A stretch of DNA of 64,000 bases from NCBI RefSeq assembly GCF_031769215.1, contig NW_026782433.1, forward strand, positions 310,001 through 374,000, in the 5' to 3' direction. Made by a program: the position numbers and the translations under genes. The DNA is from Ylistrum balloti. Its lineage: Eukaryota. Of the stretch, positions 55,801-64,000 are shown one piece after another; positions within the stretch are counted from its first letter, which is position 1, and the number at the start of each line of letters is the position of its first letter. The notes below the pieces were generated by a model. It ran no database searches, was not told the DNA's origin, and was given only the letters and a program-made list of their open reading frames with translations.

Positions 55801-58800
55801 AGTCAGGGCAATTGAGAGTGTGTGATTACTTAAACAGAACAGGCAGAGCAATCGAGAGTATGTGAGTACTTAAACAGAACAGTCAGGGCAATTGAGAGTA
55901 TAGAGTATGTGAGTACTTAAACAGAACAGATAGACTATGATAGCGCTGATTGCAGTTTCTGCTGTTTGTGTAGGAATCATTGTTGTATTTGAATGTTATA
56001 ATGTGTGGGTGTATATATATATATATATATATAGATGTAACTCAAAGATGCTTTGTGTATCGATGAAATATTTGAAAAGAATAAAATCAACATGACAAAT
56101 CTTTTCCGTTAACAATTTCAGGCCTAACGGTCATCTTCAGGCGATACGATAGCGGAATACGTTTGTCGCGCTGATTTTATTCTTTTCAAACATTTCATCG
56201 ATACATGATATTACGATAACAGGATACACAAATAAGCAAATCTTGATTATTTCCTATGTAATGTTTCAGTGGCTGTCTTCCAATATGTTGACAATCGAAA
56301 CTATAAAGAAGAAATTAATGTTGAAAATATGAAAGTGAAACGCGCTGAGAATGTAAATACTGGAGAACAGACTGTAATCCATGCCGGTGTGTAGATACTC
56401 ATATCATATTGTAATATATATATAGTTATATTATTATAATAATATTATTACAGCGAACCTGTTACAGCTGTCCAATGTTAAATGTATTCAATAATGCTTC
56501 ATAATAACACTTTTACAGCCTAGATCTTTGAATATCAATTAATGCATAATACCTAGAAATTAGTGTTATATGTACCATTATACATTAATGGAGTAATAAT
56601 ATATAAGTATGAATATACTATCACTAAAATTACTACAAGCGGTTCGTCTTTCACTTACAATAAAAGTTTAACTGATGAATTGGTGGTGCTTACAGAAAAA
56701 TATTAAATTTTTACATGTCGTAACTAAGATTTTGATGTTTTTTCAGGACCAGCAAATGGAAGTGAAGTTCATTCCACTCCGAAATTGAAAAAGAAAAGTC
56801 CCAAAAGAATTTTGCTTGAAGGTAATATCAACAAATGAAACAAAATGTATCGTGTATCATGATGGTAGTTATGTCGTATATATAACACCATATCACAAGC
56901 GTGTATCATGATGGTAGTTATGTCGTATATATAACACCATATCACAAGCGTGTATCATGATGGTAGTTATGTCGTATATATAACACCATATCACAAGCGT
57001 GTATCATGATGGTAGTTATGTCGTATATATAACACCATATCACAAGCGTGTATCATGATGGTAGTTATGTCGTATATATAACACCATATCACAAGCGTGT
57101 ATCATGATGGTAGTTATGTCGTATATATAACACCATATCACAAGCGTGTATCATGATGGTAGTTATGTCGTATATATAACACCATATCACAAGCGTGTAT
57201 CATGATGGTAGTTATGTCGTATATATAACACCATATCACAAGCGTGTATCATGATGGTAGTTATGTCGTATATATAACACCATATCACAAGCGTGTATCA
57301 TGATGGTAGTTATGTCGTATATATAACACCATATCACAAGCGTGTATCATGATGGTAGTTATGTCGTATATATAAACCCATATCACAAGCGTGTATCATG
57401 ATGGTAGTTATGTCGTATATATAACACCATATCACAAGTGTGTATCATGTTGGTAGTTATGTCGTATATATAACACCATATCACAAGTGTGTATCATGAT
57501 GGTAGTTATGTCGTATATAAAACACCATATCACAAGCGTGTATCATGATGGTAGTTATGTCGTATATATAACACCATATCACAAGCGTGTATCATGATGG
57601 TAGTTATGTCGTATATATAACACCATATCACAAGCGTGTATCATGATGGTAGTTATGTCGTATATATAACCCCATATCACAAGCGTGTATCATGATGGTA
57701 GTTATGTCGTATATATAACACCATATCACAAGCGTGTATCATGGTAGTTATATAAATAATCCAGGGGTTACATGCCTTTTTCCTTTTATTAATTGTAAGG
57801 AGTTAAATGTTCTACATCATGTTATTGTTCAACATCTCAATAACAAAAACTCTCAATTCCTAGTGCATATATTCAACTCTGGTATCAATTTTCTGTGTTA
57901 GTAAATAAGAGGTTTGTTTTCCTCCAGATAATGCCGAAACAATGTTAAAACGACACATCGAAGAAACAGCCAATATACTGGTCACGAGGACAGCAGCGGA
58001 AAAAGCAGTTGTCGAACGTATAAAGGATTACCATATGGTTGTCATATCTGGAGTAACGGGAGAAGGGAAGACAACTCTGGGTAGAGAAATATGTAAGAAG
58101 TTAAGAGACGGCAACCTTGACGAATCTATCAATTGTAAAACACCCGTACTTATCACAGTTCCACAGGACTGGAGTGACGTCGTCAATGACAAAGATGATA
58201 TCGTAGTATTTGTAGATGACATATTTGGGAAAACCAACTACCAGACAGGGCTTTTGAATGGATGGTCACCATTTTTTGATAGAATATTACAATGTTTACA
58301 CAAGGGTAATGTTTGTTTGGTAATGACTTCTCGCACGCATATACTTAAAGATGCCAGGCGAGAATCAGGTGTATTGAGCGAAATGATAAGTGACCATATT
58401 CTCTCTGAAAAGAAAACCGTAGATTTGACTGTCGACCACAAATTAACATATAACGAACGTTTAGATATCTACAATAAGCATTCTAATCAACGACAGGCTG
58501 GCGGGCACGTTATGTCTACCATGCTCCTTACATATCATGAAATTCGTCGCTTTCCGTCAAATATTTCTATAGGTTTTGCTCAAATTTGTAATCTCTTCTT
58601 TACCAATGACACATTTTTTGAGAAAGGGGAAAAGTTTTTCAGAAATCCTCTCCGAATGCTCACGGAGGAGATAGAGAGAATGAGACTCACTGAACCTCAC
58701 AAGTACTTTGCGCTAGTATATTGTTTCCTTAATGACCAAACCCTAGATAGCAGAAAGCTAAATCGTCTAAAAATGGAAAAAGATGATTATGAGAATTTGA

Positions 58801-61772
58801 AGGTATTAGCAGAGGTTTGTGGCGTCATACATACTGGAAATGTATTGGCAATGCTCAAAGACGGACTGAATGCACTAGATAGAACATATCTAACCAGACA
58901 AAATACAGTGTTCACTTTTGGTCACCAATCAATTGCAGACAGCGTTAGTCTTGTCTTCGGAAAAGAAAACCCAGAATTGATTTTGGAAAAGTGTAGCAAC
59001 CGTGTGATATTGGAACAGCTTGATGTTTCGGGAGCTGAAAAACCTGATATGTGTACATTGCACGTGCCTCCCGATAGCTTCCATCATCTTGTAAAACGAA
59101 TGTGCAAGATGATTTTGGAAGACAATGATTACAATCGAATAACATTAAAATCATTCCCAAGGTTCCGTAATCAAAAGTTTGCGGATTGTCTTTTTGAGTA
59201 CATCACCACCACACACGACGTCGCAAAAGGCTTCCTCAGGGCTAATTCTACTTTATTAGACTCTTGTGAAAACAATGTCTTCTTTCTGCGATCATATTTT
59301 AAGTTCAAAGTTGATGAGCTCACTGTCAAAGAGAACGGTATTTTAGCCTTCACAAGAGCGTTACAAAGAACTCTGATGTCATCTCTGGAACATAAAAACA
59401 CAGAATCAATGTCGATTCTGCTGAGCAATGGAGCATTTTGCACTACAAAATGTCTTCAATTAGCAATTAGTTCAAACGATGTCAATTTGGTAGAGTTTGT
59501 GTTGTCAAAGAATACCTGGACAAAGTCTGAAGTCAATGAGACTATCAGCGACAACACTCCAGGTGACTTGTGTGATACTCTTGAGAGGACGGCAAGTATG
59601 TGCAAAGTACAATTGTTATGGAGTCAATATAAACAACAAAAAACATACATGATAGAGAAAATAAAAAATCTCTCCAATTGGAGTCCTAAAGACATGGCAA
59701 AATCTGCAGAGAAAATGGACTTTGACTCATTACATGCTATATTTCAGACTTGTGAATTGCAGGAGCATTACTATCATCTGTTTGAAATAATATTGAACTC
59801 AAAACATAAGAGATTAAGTGACGCTATTGCAGTTAAAAGGATATTGGGACACATGGACGGGGGAATAGTGAAACGTGCTTTACAAAGTTGTAATTTGGAC
59901 ATATTTCGTTTTTTACTTTTCTCGTCAAATGTAGATACAGCGCAACTAAACTCGATGGTGTCCGAAGCCATACATCTTAACAAAACAGACCATCTAGAAG
60001 TTCTAATCAAAGCAGGTGGGCAACCGTCTCATGATGCCTTTGTGAGAAAGGCAGGAACGAATTTCGTGGGAGTTGAGGATGTTGTTGGAACGATAATGGA
60101 AACGGTGTCTTGGACACAAACACAGCTTAATGATGCACTAGACGAAGCCATTAAGTCAGGTTCATATGCGTCCATAAAAATCCTTTTTGAAGGTGGAGCA
60201 CGGTTTATGGCAGATGCATTGGTAAATGTATCCAAACGACAGTATGATCCACTGATAATAAGTGAAGAAGAAATGACTTTTGAAGAAGAGCTCCAACTCC
60301 TTATTGAAATGTTAAATGGAAATAAAAAAGAAGAAGAAGAAAATGTTCCTGTTACAGTTTCATTTGTTTTCTCGAAACATAAATGGGTACCAAGACAGAT
60401 TACTGAAGCACTTAATGTTGCAGTGGAATGGGGACCACTTGGAACAGTGAAGTTTCTGGAGAACAATGGAGGAACTTTCCAAAGCGGTGCACTGTTAGCT
60501 GCAGTAAGAAGGACACGTGATACACTCAAAACTGTTAAGTTTGTGAGAAAGTCAGAGAAATGGTCAGTAGACCAACTAAGCGATGCCTTACACGAGTCTT
60601 TAGTCCTTTGTAGGTCTGATGTTGCTCTGTACTTATTTACTATGGGAGGACAGTTCAATGATTCGAGTTTATTGAATGTTCTTGGATGGCATGTTGAACA
60701 TCATGTTCAGATAAGGCTCTTGAAGATCATTCTTCTATCTCGTACATGGTCACCTGATTTGCTTGCTGAAGCCATTCAATTTGCATGTGAAACAAATGGC
60801 CCTTCAATCTACGCAATTTTGGGTGTTCCGGAAATATCAGGAATACTTGACAAAGATATTCTATTAAACCTACCAGAGGTTCAAGAGTTAAAGAAAACAA
60901 AAATACAGTTTTTGAAATGTGAAGGTATGACAGATGAGCTTACAATAGTCTTGAATAAGGAAATAAAAGAAGGTTGCATAGATATCGTTGAACACCTCAC
61001 TCGCGAGATGAATATTCCATGCGACAATGACAGCTTATCAAATGCTATGGATAACACTCGGAACTACCAGAGCTACAACAGACTGAAAATGGTCAGCCTA
61101 GTGCAGGAATCAAGAGACTGGTCGGATGACTTGCTGATGAAGGCGTTGGACAAAGCTGTGAAACTTGGGTATACTGATGTGATATTCTACTTACATGATC
61201 ACGGAGCCATGTTCAGTGACCAAAGTCTAGAGTACGCCATTGTTGATAAAAATATGGCGTATGATACGTACGGTTTAGTGATTTATATGATGAAGTCCCG
61301 TCAGTACAATAAACAGCAGATGGACAATGCCTTACAGAAGTCTTTAGAAGTTGGACATTTTCAGCTCGTATCCATGTTTCATGAAAGAGGAGCAGAATTT
61401 ACAGGCAAAAGCCTACAGAACGCTATTCATAAAATGTGGAAAACAACCGAAAGGCTTCCAGCAGTACAGTTTGTATTGAGGGCAAGGGAGTGGGATGCAA
61501 TTGAGAAGAACGACGCCCTGTTGAGCGCTGTAAGATTAGGTGATGTAAGAGTTATTGGTTGTCTTCTCAGATGTGGAGGAGAAGTTTCCAACCGATGTTT
61601 GTCAGAAATTCTACATAAGAAATGTAAACCATCTCACCGCCTGTCTATCATCAGACTCCTTCTCTCTGGTTCCACTTCTCTGTCACAGGAACTACTTAGA
61701 AATGCGTTGGAAAAGGCTAGAAAACTGTCGGAACCTAAAGTCGAAGAATACATCCAACAGCTTGTGTGTTAG
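49869..61772 (+). CDS. NLR-like STAND NTPase (nSTAND3-type) with N-terminal 2A-like and RHIM-like motifs and C-terminal ankyrin-like repeats, ~1494 aa, 6 coding exons
   Basis: Exons 49869-50096 (phase 0), 50403-50454, 51586-51753, 56270-56386, 56747-56821 and 57928-61772 (all later junctions phase 1) splice into one open frame of 4485 nt. Walker A GVTGEGKT (58050-58073), Walker B IVVFVDDIFG (58200-58229), sensor CLVMTSR, then helical domains and ankyrin-like repeats. Confidence 0.85.
52530..52600 (+). mobile_element. SINE central-domain fragment (opposite orientation to 19925-20020)
   Basis: gggttttccacaggtattcctgtttcctcccacaataagacccc resembles the SINE core ttttctccgggtactccggtttcctcccac. 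Confidence 0.45.
53255..55928. repeat. 40-bp minisatellite, ~66 copies, intron 3 of the STAND gene
   Basis: Unit acttaaacagaacagtcagggctattgagagtatgtgagt, seen directly as a 40-nt period. Confidence 0.97.
56056..56205. repeat. Fold-back element (MITE-like) with 44-bp inverted arms
   Basis: tgtatcgatgaaatatttgaaaagaataaaatcaacatgacaaa (56056-56099) pairs with 56162-56205 with four mismatches. Confidence 0.85.
56850..57745. repeat. 49-bp minisatellite, ~18 nearly identical copies, intron 5 of the STAND gene
   Basis: Unit cgtgtatcatgatggtagttatgtcgtatatataacaccatatcacaag. Confidence 0.97.
57928..61772 (+). CDS. Terminal 3.8-kb exon of the STAND gene: NTPase domain plus ankyrin-like repeat array
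   Basis: 1276-aa ORF in the track. The acceptor TTTTCCTCCAG at 57927 is in frame with it. The VVFVDDIFG Walker B and hhhTSR sensor are typical of the nSTAND3 family seen in bivalve proteins (recalled, not searched). Confidence 0.93.
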
Positions 61773-63027
61773 AAAATCTTTATAGACAGTCTGTTAAAAA
61801 CACGTGGAATTTGATGTCGTGTCATAAAGTTTATGTTATATAAATGTATCATGAACGATATAAATACATACAATGGAGGAAGGCAGGCAACTATTTATCA
61901 TCTGCAAGATGGGACGACAAGACAGTATACATTGTAAGACGGGGAAAAGTGCATTACATAGATCATTATTATATTTGTATATATGGCATATATTATGAAT
62001 ATCGATTGACATGATATCAGTTAAATTTCCTAACGAAAACATCATAGAAAGCTGTATCATTAGAATGTTTAATCCTGCAAGACTCGACAAAGTTGTTGAC
62101 AGCACTGCTTCTTTCGCTGACATGTATGACAAAATTGCACATGATGACTAATTTACTGTCACTTGGTTGTAAGTAAATTAGCTGAACATAATGATATCCT
62201 GTACTGAATAATGTTATCCTGTCACTTGACTATACTGAAAATTGTGATACCCAATCAGTAGAATGTATATGCATTAAAAATGTCATTTTAGTGCCACTAG
62301 TGTGCACTCAATAACATGCTATGTCATCACCAGAATGCATTAGATAATGTGCTTAAGTTTCTAGACTGTAATGTGATATCCAGTTACTATACTTCAGTTT
62401 GTTTTATTATACAATACGTGGTTAGAAATCGGACGATAATGACGCTGTAAAGGTAAATATATATCATATCGTATATATCACATAATCAGCTTATTATGCA
62501 GTAAATTCACTCCAGTATTATTGTGTATAAGTCACTAATGTTGTATACCCTGGAACGGTTTTCATTGGCTGCGCCAGTCAGAAATCGGTGGTGTCATAAT
62601 ATGGACAATGGTAATACATCATGAATTGGAAAAGCCACAGCAAAAAGTTGCCTCCGCTTGAATTTGTCATCCACACTTTTACTTTGAACATTTCAAAATA
62701 TACGCTTTCATTGTTACGTGATAAAACATATCTCAGATTTGTTTTCATTTCATATGAGATTGTATAGAACTCATCTTGTATATATCATATTTATAAGATC
62801 TCAAGTAAGTTTTCATTTTAAACGAGGTTTGAAAGTTATTATTTTTCCTCGCAAAGGCTTGCACAAATAAAGACTTTTAAGACTTGCATAAAACAAAATC
62901 TAAGACTCCTTTCATCAAATCTCATTTGAAATGAAATCTCATTAGCGATCTTAAGAATATGATATCAAAATATACACTAACTACACGGTGAGTGGTGAAG
63001 GTATCCTGGTGTTCCTATAATTGGCAT

Positions 63028-63178
63028 CTTCGATACGCCAGGGGTTCCGATCACTTTCGCTCTCTGCACCCCTTGAACCATCCTCGATATCCCTGGGGTT
63101 ACGATCACTTTCGCTCTCTGCACCCCCTTGAACCGTCCTCGATACTCCAGGGGTTCCGATCACTTTCGCTCTGTGCAC
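63028..63178. repeat. ~54-bp GC-richer tandem repeat, ~2.7 copies
   Basis: ggggtt(c/a)cgatcactttcgctct at 63041, 63095 and 63150. Confidence 0.85.
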
Positions 63179-64000
63179 ATCTTGAACATGTTATGTCAAC
63201 ATTGAAGGTTCCATGCGCTAAACCTTGTGGACAAGACAAAAGACTAGTGTGATCCTTTGATGTTCATCAAACGAATTTCGAGATCACATTACAGTTCATC
63301 GTATTGACTTTGAAGATGGGTGTTGCGACTTTGAAATCATCAAAACGAGTATATCAGCATGTGATTGGTCGTTTTTTTTTCTCCTGGTACCAATCAAATA
63401 ACATGTACCTTTATTTTTGTCATAACATGTTTCACGGGTGCAGAGAACGAAAGTTATCGAAGCCCCAGGAGTATCGAAAATGTATTATTTGGGTACGACA
63501 AAATTAGTTTATCTCACACTTACTGCGTGACATTGGGCCTTACCTTTGTATCATATTTGTTAAATCATGTTAACATGTTTTTGTAGATTTTTCACAATCT
63601 TTACGAATAATTTTTTTTTCGGGAAAGAAAATAATATACATTTAAATCTGTTGTTCATGTTTGTTTGACTTAATGTTTTTTATTGTAATACATAAATCGA
63701 TTTATTCTAAATCGTTTAGTATGACTGAACGAGTATTCATTGCATTGCTTTTACTTGAACACCTCGAAACACGGGATGAACCATTTTGAGCTCCATTTAT
63801 GTAATATTCTATGATATGGTTTGTCCTGTACAATACCATGGACGATAGAACTTCCCTGTAAAGAACTGTTCTCATGTGATTTTTTATCTGTAAAACTATA
63901 TAAAGTAAATTTGCATTGAAAGTTGTGATTCTGTCTATTTAATTTTTGTACAATCTTTTAATACAAATGATCTAGGTAAGGATGGTTTCAACTTTTTTCT

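Noticed and set aside
53255-57745. Regular arrays considered as CRISPR-like
   Set aside because: They are head-to-tail units without unique spacers, in eukaryotic introns, with no cas genes.
58028-61785. Overlapping ORFs (58028-58237, 58238-58441, 58945-59160, 59171-59443, 59774-60010, 60029-60658, 61555-61785)
   Set aside because: They are shadows of the long STAND exon with no independent motifs.
62981-63586. Short ORFs at the window end
   Set aside because: They come from a 54-bp repeat and repeat-like flanks, with no splice support or domain.

Overview
AT-rich eukaryotic genomic DNA, most likely from a bivalve mollusc (inferred from Helitron-N/HINE-type, SINE and retroelement remnants). 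It has spliced genes, many minisatellite arrays and one N gap (43753-44368). I assembled five genes by hand from splice sites and codon phase. (1) + 14719-30066: 19 coding exons, RRM + F-box + LRR protein (EEED8.10-like). (2) - 33726-36209 and (3) + 38104-39690: a head-to-head pair of small W/Y/P-rich proteins with an X-box-like site between them. (4) - 44705-46720: secreted Gly/Tyr/Met/Trp-rich repeat protein with abductin-like GGYGGMGGG repeats. (5) + 49869-61772: about 1494 aa, the most interesting locus. It has an N-terminal leader ending in a 2A/StopGo-like motif (LLLMAQGIEPNPGP), a RHIM-like motif on its own phase-1 exon, an nSTAND3-type STAND NTPase and about ten 59-63 aa ankyrin-like repeats. 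An adjacent ISRE-like and NF-kB site pair lies upstream. Three tandem arrays in gene 1 copy an exon 3' end together with its splice donor. All exon models and family assignments come from manual inspection and recalled motifs, not from database searches.
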